Assembly: GCA_035505475.1 (NCBI GenBank)
Contig: DATJQT010000246.1
Location: 1,632-65,631 of the forward strand
Length of the DNA: 64,000 bases
Reading direction: 5' to 3'
Source of the DNA: Vulcanimicrobiaceae bacterium
Lineage (GTDB): Bacteria > Methylomirabilota > Methylomirabilia > Methylomirabilales > 2-02-FULL-66-22
The notes beneath the pieces were generated by a model that ran no database searches, was not told the origin of the DNA, and saw nothing but the letters and a program-made list of their open reading frames with translations. A program made the translations under genes and the position numbers. Shown here in pieces: positions 17,895 through 25,851 of the stretch. The stretch's first letter is position 1. Each line of letters opens with the position of its first letter.

Positions 17895-18251
17895 TTAGGC
17901 GTACAGATCCAGGCGCGTGCCGAGGTGGCGCTCGTCTTGGCTTTCAGGAGGGGTATCGGGAAGCGGATCGGGCAGTGGTCCCGTCGCTCGCTGCTGGTCA
18001 CGGATCCGGCGCAGGACGTCGCGGACTCGATTTTCTGGGGCGATGGGCTCGTCCGGCTTGATCGGGATGCGCGGCGCGGCAGCGTATGCCGTGCTCCCGA
18101 ACAGCAATTGGTCTTCAGCCGTGGCTCCCCGCGCAACCGGCGTCACCGGGGTATCGGGCGGGCGTTTCGAATCGGCAAGGGGAGTCTCTAGCCCACCCAG
18201 CCTGCGTGCCGCTAAAATGTTCAAGACTTGCCCGCTGATGAAGTCAAACAT
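17895..18251 (-). CDS. hypothetical Pro-rich protein (start uncertain; the ORF is open to 18389)
   Basis: GC3-rich frame. The ATG at 18251 has AGAGGA 8 nt upstream. Sequence: MFDFISGQVLNILAARRLGG... then a low-complexity P/D/T-rich region. No motif I recognise. Confidence 0.45.
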   Translation of the reverse strand: MFDFISGQVLNILAARRLGGLETPLADSKRPPDTPVTPVARGATAEDQLLFGSTAYAAAPRIPIKPDEPIAPENRVRDVLRRIRDQQRATGPLPDPLPDTPPESQDERHLGTRLDLYA

Positions 18252-18415
18252 GCCGCCAATCCTCTGCGGAATGCCGCCTAGCATCCATATCGGTAGGTGC
18301 CCTTGATGACTTGAGGTTATTTGTCCGCTTACGGCGGGTAAAGACATACAGGGTGCTGAAAAATTCGTCTGCTCAGAAAAGCGCCGCAACGCTGCAGATG
18401 GGGGGCAGCCGTCTG

Positions 18416-19468
18416 CTAAGGTAAGGTGGCTTCGACTTCCGCGGATGGGGCACTTTCGTTGGTGTGGGCAGAGCGGTCCACGGCAGTGATGCTGTACAGA
18501 TACGTCACCCCGGGCCGGACGGTGCGGTCCGTGAAAGTGGTGCCAGGGACCGGGGACTCGGTGAGTCGATTGGCGGTCACCGCGGGAAGAGCCCTGCGGT
18601 ACACGACGTAGCCCAGCAGATCCGGCTCCGTGTTGGCTATCCAGGTCAAGCCGATGGCACCCTGAGACGGCACAGCGGCCAGACCGCGAGGCGGTGCCGG
18701 CGGAATGAAGTCCTGTGGTGTCACTTGGGCCTGGTTTGAATCCGCGCTCTCGCGCCAGGGCGGCCGCGCGGTACTGACGCTCCGCACCACGTAGGCGTAG
18801 ACCGTGTCATTCTTGACGCCGGCATCTCGGAATGTCGTCTCGGTAACCGGACGGGCGTTGACCGGCTGGGGGCCAAACGGTCCTGGCAGCGTTGCCCGAT
18901 AGATGTTATACCCCGTGACCACATTGGCTGCGACCGGTGCCTGCCACGTGAGGTCCACGACGCCGTCGCCGGGCATGGCGGTCAGTCCCGTGGGCTCCGG
19001 CGGGGTCGGCGTGAATTCGATGATCGCCTCACCCGACGTCGTGCCGACAGCACCCCGCGCATTCGCAGCCTCGACGCGATACCGGTAGCGCGTTCCGACC
19101 TGTAGGCCCTGTGCGCCGCCCTCGTCCCGGTAAACGTACGTCGAATCTTGCACCAGCGCATTGCCCGGATTCTCGGCCCGCACCACAGCGAGGGGAACGA
19201 GCGGCCCAAGCGCCCCGGCTTCACTGGGCCCGGAGGCCCGCAGGATCCGAAAATCCTGCAAATCGCGTAGCGGAGAGCCGTCTTCATTGCGCGTTGGGCG
19301 GATCCAGGAAATCAGGATCGCATTCCCGCGGGCTTCGGCGCGCACGTCGCTCGGCGCGGCCGGGGCCGTGGCTTTGGGTGGGAGCGGCGCCCCGCGGCGC
19401 CCGCAGGCAGGGAAAATCAGACAGAGCAAGAGGACCGCGATTCCTGCGGCAGCGAGGCGGGCGGTCAT
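18416..19468 (-). CDS. lipoprotein with an LptM-like N-terminal motif and three fibronectin type III-like domains
   Basis: Signal peptide plus Cys (LLLCLIFPAC) followed by GRRGAPLPP. Three repeats follow with an ...L.W.....(G)Y.(I/V)YR... pattern. The ATG overlaps the argH stop (ATGA). Confidence 0.75.
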   Translation of the reverse strand: MTARLAAAGIAVLLLCLIFPACGRRGAPLPPKATAPAAPSDVRAEARGNAILISWIRPTRNEDGSPLRDLQDFRILRASGPSEAGALGPLVPLAVVRAENPGNALVQDSTYVYRDEGGAQGLQVGTRYRYRVEAANARGAVGTTSGEAIIEFTPTPPEPTGLTAMPGDGVVDLTWQAPVAANVVTGYNIYRATLPGPFGPQPVNARPVTETTFRDAGVKNDTVYAYVVRSVSTARPPWRESADSNQAQVTPQDFIPPAPPRGLAAVPSQGAIGLTWIANTEPDLLGYVVYRRALPAVTANRLTESPVPGTTFTDRTVRPGVTYLYSITAVDRSAHTNESAPSAEVEATLP

Positions 19469-20847
19469 GGCCGGCGCAACGCGCGTCGGGCGGTTTTCAG
19501 CGCCTCAGCCACGCGGGCCGGGCTCGTCCCGCCGAACGATTGCCGGCGCGCGACGCAGCCATCGAGCGTGAGGTGGCGCGCGACGTCGGCCCGGAATGCC
19601 GGCGAGAAGCGGCGCAGAACCGAGAGCGGAAGTTCCTCGAGGCGGCGGCCTTTCTCAATGCCGTGCCGGACGATGCGCCCGACGATCTCGTGCGCGCTCC
19701 GGAAGGGGACACCCTTCGTCACGAGGTAGTCGGCCAGGTCGGTTGCGTTTAGGTAGCCGTCCGCCACGGCGGCTCGCATGCGATCCTTCCGGAAGGTGAC
19801 TGCTGCCAGCATCGGGATCAACACGGCCAACAGACCGCGGATCGTGTCGGCCGCATCGAAAACCGGCTCCTTGTCTTCTTGCAAATCGCGGTTGTACGCC
19901 AGCGGGAGACCCTTCAACGTGGTGAGCAAGCCGATCAATGCACCGTATACCCGCCCCGTCTTCCCCCGTGCCAGCTCGGCGACATCCGGATTCTTCTTCT
20001 GCGGCATGATGCTGGATCCCGTCGCAAACGCATCCGGCAGCTCGATAAACCCGAACTCGGCGCTGGCCCAGAGGACCAGCTCCTCTGCAAGGCGCGACAC
20101 GTGCATCGCAAAGATGGCGCCAGCGGCCAGGAACTCGACCGCGAAGTCCCGGTCTGCGACAGCATCTTCGCTGTTGGCCAGCACGCCGGCAAATCCGAGT
20201 AGTTTGGCGACGTAATGGCGGTCGATCGGAAACGGCGTCCCGGCCAGTGCCCCGGCGCCGAGCGGCAGAAGGTTCACGCGCCCGAGGCAATCGGCGAAAC
20301 GCTCCCGGTCGCGCTGGAACATCTCGAAGTAGGCGAGCAGATGATGGGCGAGGACGATCGGCTGCGCGCGTTGCACGTGCGTGTAGCCCGGCAGTATCGT
20401 CTCGACATGCGCCTCCGCCTGCCCGATCAGGACGGCCTGTAGCTCCAGAATACCCGTCCGAATTTTCCGGATGACGTCACGCAGGAACAGGCGGAGATCG
20501 AGGGCCACCTGGTCATTGCGGCTCCGCGCCGTGTGCAGCTTGCCGCCGAGCGCGCCGATCTTCTCGATCAGCCGCCGCTCCACGTGCATATGAATATCTT
20601 CCAGGGCCGGATCGATCTTGAACTCGCCCCGCACGATCTCGTCGTGGATTTCTTTGAGGCCGGCGACGATCGCGCCCGTTTCAGCGCGGCTCAGGATGCC
20701 GCATTTGCCGAGCATCTGGGCATGGGCGATGCTGCCCGCGATGTCATACGGCGCGAGGCGCTGGTCGAAATGGATAGAGGCCGTAAAGGCCTCCACCGTT
20801 TTGTCGGTGGCGGCGCCGAAGCGGCCGCCCCAAGCTTTCGTCGGCAT
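19465..20847 (-). CDS. argH: argininosuccinate lyase
   Basis: WGGRF, TARSRNDQV, and the GSSIMPQKKNPD fumarate-lyase signature. Confidence 0.95.
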   Translation of the reverse strand: MPTKAWGGRFGAATDKTVEAFTASIHFDQRLAPYDIAGSIAHAQMLGKCGILSRAETGAIVAGLKEIHDEIVRGEFKIDPALEDIHMHVERRLIEKIGALGGKLHTARSRNDQVALDLRLFLRDVIRKIRTGILELQAVLIGQAEAHVETILPGYTHVQRAQPIVLAHHLLAYFEMFQRDRERFADCLGRVNLLPLGAGALAGTPFPIDRHYVAKLLGFAGVLANSEDAVADRDFAVEFLAAGAIFAMHVSRLAEELVLWASAEFGFIELPDAFATGSSIMPQKKNPDVAELARGKTGRVYGALIGLLTTLKGLPLAYNRDLQEDKEPVFDAADTIRGLLAVLIPMLAAVTFRKDRMRAAVADGYLNATDLADYLVTKGVPFRSAHEIVGRIVRHGIEKGRRLEELPLSVLRRFSPAFRADVARHLTLDGCVARRQSFGGTSPARVAEALKTARRALRRP

Positions 20848-20895
20848 GGATGCCTCAGGCTTTCAAGGCGCGAGGCCGAGATTCGCCCCAGTACC

Positions 20896-20930
20896 ATGAA
20901 CCTTGAACCGTTAACTTTGAACCGTGAACC
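20896..20930. repeat. five tandem heptamers (NTGAACC-like) in the SDR-argH spacer
   Basis: atgaacc ttgaacc gttaact ttgaacc gtgaacc, contiguous from 20896 to 20930. Confidence 0.85.
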
Positions 20931-20934
20931 GCCC

Positions 20935-21729
20935 CTACATCACGATGCCGCCGTCCACGATCAGCACCTGACCCGTAATGTTCCGCGCCTCGTCGGAAAC
21001 GAGGAAGAGCGCAGCGTGGGCGATATCCTCGGGCGTCTGCTCTCGCTGCAGCGGAATCCACTCCTTCACTTTCCGGTCGAAGACTTGGCGAGCCGTGAGA
21101 CCGGCGAAGCTCGGGTCGGTTTCGCGCATCCGGGCGCCGATCTTCTCCCACATCTCCGTGTACAGCAGGCCAGGGCAGATGGCGTTGACGTTCACGTTGT
21201 AGCGCGCCAGATCCTTGGCCACGGCCTTGGTAAACGTGATCACACCCATCTTGGCCACACTGTACGACGGCATCGTGGTACTCGACATTGGGCCGGCAAT
21301 CGAGGCGATGTTGACGATCTTGCCGGCGCGCCGCTCCATGTAATGCGGTGCGATATATTTGCACGAAAAAAAGACCGACTTGACGTTCACGTCGAACACC
21401 CGGTCCCAGTCCGCCTCGACCTGGCGTGTGAAGGGCAAGCCGAGGTTGGGAGCGATCCCCGCATTGTTCACCAGAATGTCTATTCCACCGTGAACGCGGA
21501 TCGCCTCTGCAATCACGGATTGGACGTCGCTCTCTTTGCTCACGTCGACCTTGAGCGGGGTGGCCTGTCGCCCCAGCGCCTGAACCTCCGCGGCCACGCG
21601 CTCCGCATTCGTGGCCTGGAGATCCGGAATGACGAGATCCGCGCCTTCCCGCGCCATCGCCAGGGCGATTGCCCGGCCGATCCCGCTGCCGCCGCCGGTT
21701 ACCATCGCCACTTTCTTCCCGAGCCGCAT
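20935..21729 (-). CDS. short-chain dehydrogenase/reductase (classical SDR)
   Basis: VTGGGSGIGRA (TGxxxGxG), NNAG, and the S...YSVAK catalytic motif. 264 aa. Confidence 0.87.
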   Translation of the reverse strand: MRLGKKVAMVTGGGSGIGRAIALAMAREGADLVIPDLQATNAERVAAEVQALGRQATPLKVDVSKESDVQSVIAEAIRVHGGIDILVNNAGIAPNLGLPFTRQVEADWDRVFDVNVKSVFFSCKYIAPHYMERRAGKIVNIASIAGPMSSTTMPSYSVAKMGVITFTKAVAKDLARYNVNVNAICPGLLYTEMWEKIGARMRETDPSFAGLTARQVFDRKVKEWIPLQREQTPEDIAHAALFLVSDEARNITGQVLIVDGGIVM

Positions 21730-21753
21730 ACCACTCCTCCGCGCTGGCTGCCG

Positions 21754-22677
21754 CTAGGCTCCGAGCAGCCGGACCAAGATCGCTTTTTGCACGTGCAGCC
21801 GATTTTCTGCCTGATCGAACACAATGCTGTGCGCCCCGTCCAGGACCTCGTCGGTAATCTCTTCGCCGCGGTGGGCAGGCAAGCAGTGCATCACCAGCAC
21901 CTCGGGCGCGGCCCGGTCGAGCAGCTCCTGGTTGAGCTGGAATCCCTGGAAGTCGCGCAGCCGTCGGCTGCGTTCTTCCTCCTGGCCCATGCTGGTCCAG
22001 ACATCCGTGTACAGGACGTCCGCAGAGCGCGCCGCAGCCTTCGGGTCGTGGGCGATGGTCAGCGTCGCGCCGGTGCCCTTCGCTTCGGCAAGCGCCTCTG
22101 CCAGGATGGCGCCGTGAGGTTCGTACCCTGGGGGACAGGCCAGGACGAAGTGAATGCCCATCTTGGCCGCGCCCTGCAGCCAGGAGTGGCACACGTTGTT
22201 GCCATCACCAACGAACACCACGCGCAGGCCGGCCAGTTTCCCCCGGCGCTCCCAGAGCGTGAACAGATCGCAGAGGATCTGCACCGGATGATGGCCGTCC
22301 GTGAGGCCGTTGATGACGGGAATCTGGGCGAAGCCGGCCAGACGCTCCACCATCTGATGGCTGAATGTGCGCGCTACGATTCCGTCCACCCAGCGCTCCA
22401 GGTTCCGCGCGGCGTCCTGCACCGTCTCTCGCTCACCGAGTTGGATGTCTGACGGGGTCAGGTAGATCGCGTGCCCGCCCAGTTGCGTCATGCCGGTCTC
22501 GAAGGTCACCCGTGTGCGCAGCGACGGCTTTTCAAAAACCAGGGCCAGCGTTTTGCCGGCAAGCAGCGGATGGGCGATGCCCTGGCGCCGCTTGGCCTTG
22601 AGGTCCGCCGCCAGCGCGAAGAGGTCGAGGACGTCTTGCGCACTGAGGTCCGTGAGCGTGATCAGATGCCGGTTCAT
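21754..22677 (-). CDS. argF: ornithine carbamoyltransferase
   Basis: FEKPSLRTRVTFE, HPVQIL, DVWTSMG, HCLPAHRGEE. Confidence 0.93.
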   Translation of the reverse strand: MNRHLITLTDLSAQDVLDLFALAADLKAKRRQGIAHPLLAGKTLALVFEKPSLRTRVTFETGMTQLGGHAIYLTPSDIQLGERETVQDAARNLERWVDGIVARTFSHQMVERLAGFAQIPVINGLTDGHHPVQILCDLFTLWERRGKLAGLRVVFVGDGNNVCHSWLQGAAKMGIHFVLACPPGYEPHGAILAEALAEAKGTGATLTIAHDPKAAARSADVLYTDVWTSMGQEEERSRRLRDFQGFQLNQELLDRAAPEVLVMHCLPAHRGEEITDEVLDGAHSIVFDQAENRLHVQKAILVRLLGA

Positions 22678-23864
22678 GCCGCCGCTCCTTGCAGCGCTTT
22701 GCCAACGATTCCCACTGCCTCGTCAATCTCGGCTTCGGTCACGATGAGCGGCGGCACCATGCGTAACACTTGGTCCCCAGCCGTCAGCACGAGCAGGCCC
22801 TGCTCCATGCAGCTCGCCACGACACCACGGGCGGGCACGGTCAACTCGATGCCGATGATCAGGCCCTTGCCGCGAACCGTCTTGATGACGGGCGAGCGCA
22901 AGGCCCGCACCCGCTCCAGGGCATACGCGCCCAATGTGGCAGCCCGGCCGGGGAGATCCTCGGCCAGCATCGTCTCGAGCACGGCCAAGGCCACGGCGGT
23001 CACGAACGGCGTCCCGCCAAAGGTCGAGGCGTGGGTGCCCGGAACGAAACTCGCTGCAACCGCTTCGGTCGCCAGCATGGCGCCGATCGGCACGCCGCCG
23101 GCCAGTGCCTTGGCAAGCGTCATGATGTCCGGCGAGATCCCGGAATGCTGGTACGCGAACAACTTCCCCGTGCGTCCCATCCCCGTTTGCACTTCGTCAA
23201 AGATCAGCAGCGCACCGGCCTCCGTGCACAGCCGGCGCAGTCCGGGGAGGTAGTCGGCGTCTGGAATGTTCACGCCACCCTCGCCTTGGACGGGTTCCAC
23301 CAGCACGGCGCAGGTCCGGGAATCGAGCGCCCGCTCGACGGCCCGCAGGTCGTTGTAGGGCACCTGTTTGAACCCGGGCATCAGCGGCTCGAATCCGTGC
23401 AGGTACTTCGGGTTGCCGGTCGCCGTCACGGTCGCGAGCGTGCGGCCGTGAAACGCGTGTTGCATGGTGATAATCTCGGTCCGGTCTGTGCTCCAGTGAT
23501 CCTTGGCATATTTGCGGGCCAGTTTGATGGCGGCCTCATTGGCCTCCGCCCCGCTGTTGCAGAAGAACGCCCGATCGGCAAACGAGTGCTGGCACAGCAG
23601 CGCGCCGAGCCGGATCTGCGGCTCGATATGATAGAGGTTGCTGATGTGAATCAGTGTGTCGGCCTGCTCCCGGATTGCCTGTACCATGCGCGGATGGCAG
23701 TGGCCGAGAGCGTCCACGGCGATGCCGCCTACGAAATCCAGGTATTCCTTCCCATCCGAATCCCACAGCCGCACGCCCTTGCCGCGCACCAGGACGATCG
23801 GGAAGCGGGCATAGGTGTTGGCCAGGTGTTTGCTCGAGGCTGCCAGCAGCTCCTGCGTGGTCAT
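22674..23864 (-). CDS. argD: acetylornithine aminotransferase
   Basis: Class-III aminotransferase with NSGAEANEAAIKLARK, FDEVQTGMGRTG, LAKALAGGVPIGA. It overlaps the argF start by 4 nt. Confidence 0.9.
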   Translation of the reverse strand: MTTQELLAASSKHLANTYARFPIVLVRGKGVRLWDSDGKEYLDFVGGIAVDALGHCHPRMVQAIREQADTLIHISNLYHIEPQIRLGALLCQHSFADRAFFCNSGAEANEAAIKLARKYAKDHWSTDRTEIITMQHAFHGRTLATVTATGNPKYLHGFEPLMPGFKQVPYNDLRAVERALDSRTCAVLVEPVQGEGGVNIPDADYLPGLRRLCTEAGALLIFDEVQTGMGRTGKLFAYQHSGISPDIMTLAKALAGGVPIGAMLATEAVAASFVPGTHASTFGGTPFVTAVALAVLETMLAEDLPGRAATLGAYALERVRALRSPVIKTVRGKGLIIGIELTVPARGVVASCMEQGLLVLTAGDQVLRMVPPLIVTEAEIDEAVGIVGKALQGAAA

Positions 23865-23891
23865 GGGGTCATCTCCTTCACCCTCCGGGGA

Positions 23892-24761
23892 TCAGGCGAC
23901 GATTTCCGTCCCGATCCCGTCGGTGGTCAATAGCTCTTCAATCAGCGCATGCTCCCGCGTCCCGTTGATGATGTGGCTCTTGCGGACCCCGCCCTGCATC
24001 GCCCGCAGGCAGGCGCCGACCTTGGGGAGCATGCCCTTGGAAATCGTTCCGTCCGCAATGAGCGCTTCAACCTGCTGCTTTGTCAGGGCGGACAGGAGCG
24101 TTCCGTTGCGATCCAGAATCCCGTCGGTATCGGTCAGCAGGACGAGCTTTTCCGCAGGCAGCGCCGCGGCCAACTCTCCCGCAACCACATCTGCATTGAT
24201 ATTGTACGTGGCACCGGTCTCGTCCCCCGCCGTGGGTGCCACCACGGGAATGTATCCGGCCTCTTGGACTGTTCGCAGCAGCCGAGGGTCCACGGCCGCG
24301 ACTTCGCCGACCAGCCCGAGGTCCACCACTTGCCCATCGGCCATCTTGCGGGGCGGCGCCTTGCGCGCCTGGATCAGGCCGCCGTCTTTGCCCGACAGCC
24401 CGATCGCTCGTCCGCCCAGTCGCTGGATCGCCGCGACGATCCCCTGGTTAATCTCGCCGACCAGGACGCGCTCCACGATTCGCACCGTGTCGGCGTCGGT
24501 GACGCGGAGCCCCTGGACGAAATTCGGTCGCAGACCCGACGTTTTCATCGCCTCATCAATCTGGGGACCGCCGCCGTGCACCACCACCGGTCGCATGCCG
24601 ACCAGCCCCATCAGGATCACGTCTTGAATCACGGCCGTCATGAGGGCGGGGTCCACCATAGCATTACCGCCGTACTTCACGACGATGGTCTTCCCGCCGT
24701 ACAACTGGATGTAAGGCAGGGCGCCGATGATGATCTCGGCCCGACTTGCATGCGTCGGCAT
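23892..24761 (-). CDS. argB: acetylglutamate kinase
   Basis: TIVVKYGGNAM, VVVHGGGPQI, NINADVVAGELA. Confidence 0.93.
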   Translation of the reverse strand: MPTHASRAEIIIGALPYIQLYGGKTIVVKYGGNAMVDPALMTAVIQDVILMGLVGMRPVVVHGGGPQIDEAMKTSGLRPNFVQGLRVTDADTVRIVERVLVGEINQGIVAAIQRLGGRAIGLSGKDGGLIQARKAPPRKMADGQVVDLGLVGEVAAVDPRLLRTVQEAGYIPVVAPTAGDETGATYNINADVVAGELAAALPAEKLVLLTDTDGILDRNGTLLSALTKQQVEALIADGTISKGMLPKVGACLRAMQGGVRKSHIINGTREHALIEELLTTDGIGTEIVA

Positions 24762-24781
24762 GGAAATGGCTCCGAAAGATG

Positions 24782-25825
24782 TTAACGGGTTCTGGGCTCG
24801 CCCAGGTCTTGGGTGCGGCTGCGGGGTGGCCCCAGCTCCTGGCTTCGGCTCTTTTCCAGATTGACCCGCGCCAGCTTGGCGTTGGCGATGGCCAATTCCT
24901 CGACCGACCGCGTCAGCTGCTCGTACAGCGAGGAGGACGTCATGGCCAGCGACACCAGTGCGGACAACGCGACCATCACCGACAGGTCGTGTTCCGTGAA
25001 GGAGCCGCCATTGGCCTTGTTGTTCGCGTTCAGGACCCCCACGGTCTTCCCGTTCACCTTGAGGGGCACGGAGACGAGCGAGTCGGTCCGATAGCGCGGG
25101 TTACGCTCTTTCTTCCCGAAGGTCATGTCCTGCGACAAATTGCGAATCAGGAGCGGCTCGCCGCTTTCAGCGACGTGCCCGGAAATGCCTTCCCCCAGTG
25201 GGACGGTCGTGGTCCGCTGGATTTCCGGGTCGAGCCCCTTGGCCTGCGCAATGCGCAGCAGGCCGTCGTCACCGAGCAACATCAACGAGACGATTTCGAC
25301 ATCAAGGATCGTGGAGGCCATTTCGATCACACGCTGGTACCAGGCATCGGGCTTCGCGTGGAAGGTCCCCAGGTTGTCCCAGCGGATGAGGTTCATCAGC
25401 GCCTGCGACCCGTCTTGCAGCCGGATCAGCTCCTCGCTCTGTGCCGGGGCGGCACCCGCCGCCGGAACCTTGCGGATGGCGACCTGGAGCGAAGTGACCA
25501 GCTCTTCGAAGTTCATCGGCTTCCGCAAAAAATCCGCCGCGCCGCGCCGCATCGCTTGAATGCCGGACAGGTACGAGGCGCGGGCAGAGGCCACGATCAC
25601 CGGAACCTGAGGATGCGCCTCGCGCAATTGCGGCAGGAGGTCCAGCCCGTCCGCGTCGGGCAGGATGACGTCCAAGAGCATCACCTGGACGGCCTCCTTC
25701 GCCAGCACCTCTTTGGCCTGCGCGGCGGTTTCCGCGCCCAGAAAGCGGAAGCCGGCCCGCTCCAGCTCTTCCCGCACGGTTGCCAGGAACAGCTTGTCGT
25801 CATCGATGACCAGTACCGTGTCCAT
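24782..25825 (-). CDS. response-regulator receiver (REC) plus GAF domain protein, with no recognisable output or DNA-binding domain
   Basis: VLVIDDD...MLLDVILPDADG...FLRKP (REC). GAF-like: IVSLMLLGDDGLLRIAQAKG...VPLGEGISGHVAESGEPLLIRN...SLVSVPLKVNGKTVGVLNANNK. The short tail contains the QELGPPRSR/QDLGEPRTR repeat. Confidence 0.8.
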   Translation of the reverse strand: MDTVLVIDDDKLFLATVREELERAGFRFLGAETAAQAKEVLAKEAVQVMLLDVILPDADGLDLLPQLREAHPQVPVIVASARASYLSGIQAMRRGAADFLRKPMNFEELVTSLQVAIRKVPAAGAAPAQSEELIRLQDGSQALMNLIRWDNLGTFHAKPDAWYQRVIEMASTILDVEIVSLMLLGDDGLLRIAQAKGLDPEIQRTTTVPLGEGISGHVAESGEPLLIRNLSQDMTFGKKERNPRYRTDSLVSVPLKVNGKTVGVLNANNKANGGSFTEHDLSVMVALSALVSLAMTSSSLYEQLTRSVEELAIANAKLARVNLEKSRSQELGPPRSRTQDLGEPRTR

Positions 25826-25851
25826 ACGCAGTCCTCACCCGGTGTGTTGGA

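Noticed and set aside
20896-20930. Short repeat arrays (heptamers at 20896-20930; 10-mers at 12208-12280) considered as a CRISPR array or tRNA fragments (GGTTCAA resembles a T-arm).
   Set aside because: The units are 7-10 nt with no spacers of CRISPR size, and no cas genes are present. No cloverleaf can be drawn around the GGTTCA copies.
20533-22452. Very long antisense ORFs. These include 20533-22452 (+) at 639 aa, 29779-32664 (+) at 961 aa, 59184-61055 (+) at 623 aa, 12263-13573 (+), 26506-27795 (+), 42707-44065 (+) and 22770-23933 (+).
   Set aside because: They are shadow ORFs typical of high-GC DNA. Their translations are Arg/Gly/His/Pro-rich and low in complexity, with no motifs. The opposite strand in each case encodes an unmistakable conserved protein (argH/SDR/argF, topA, the NtrC-type regulator, dapA, hslUV, speE, argD).
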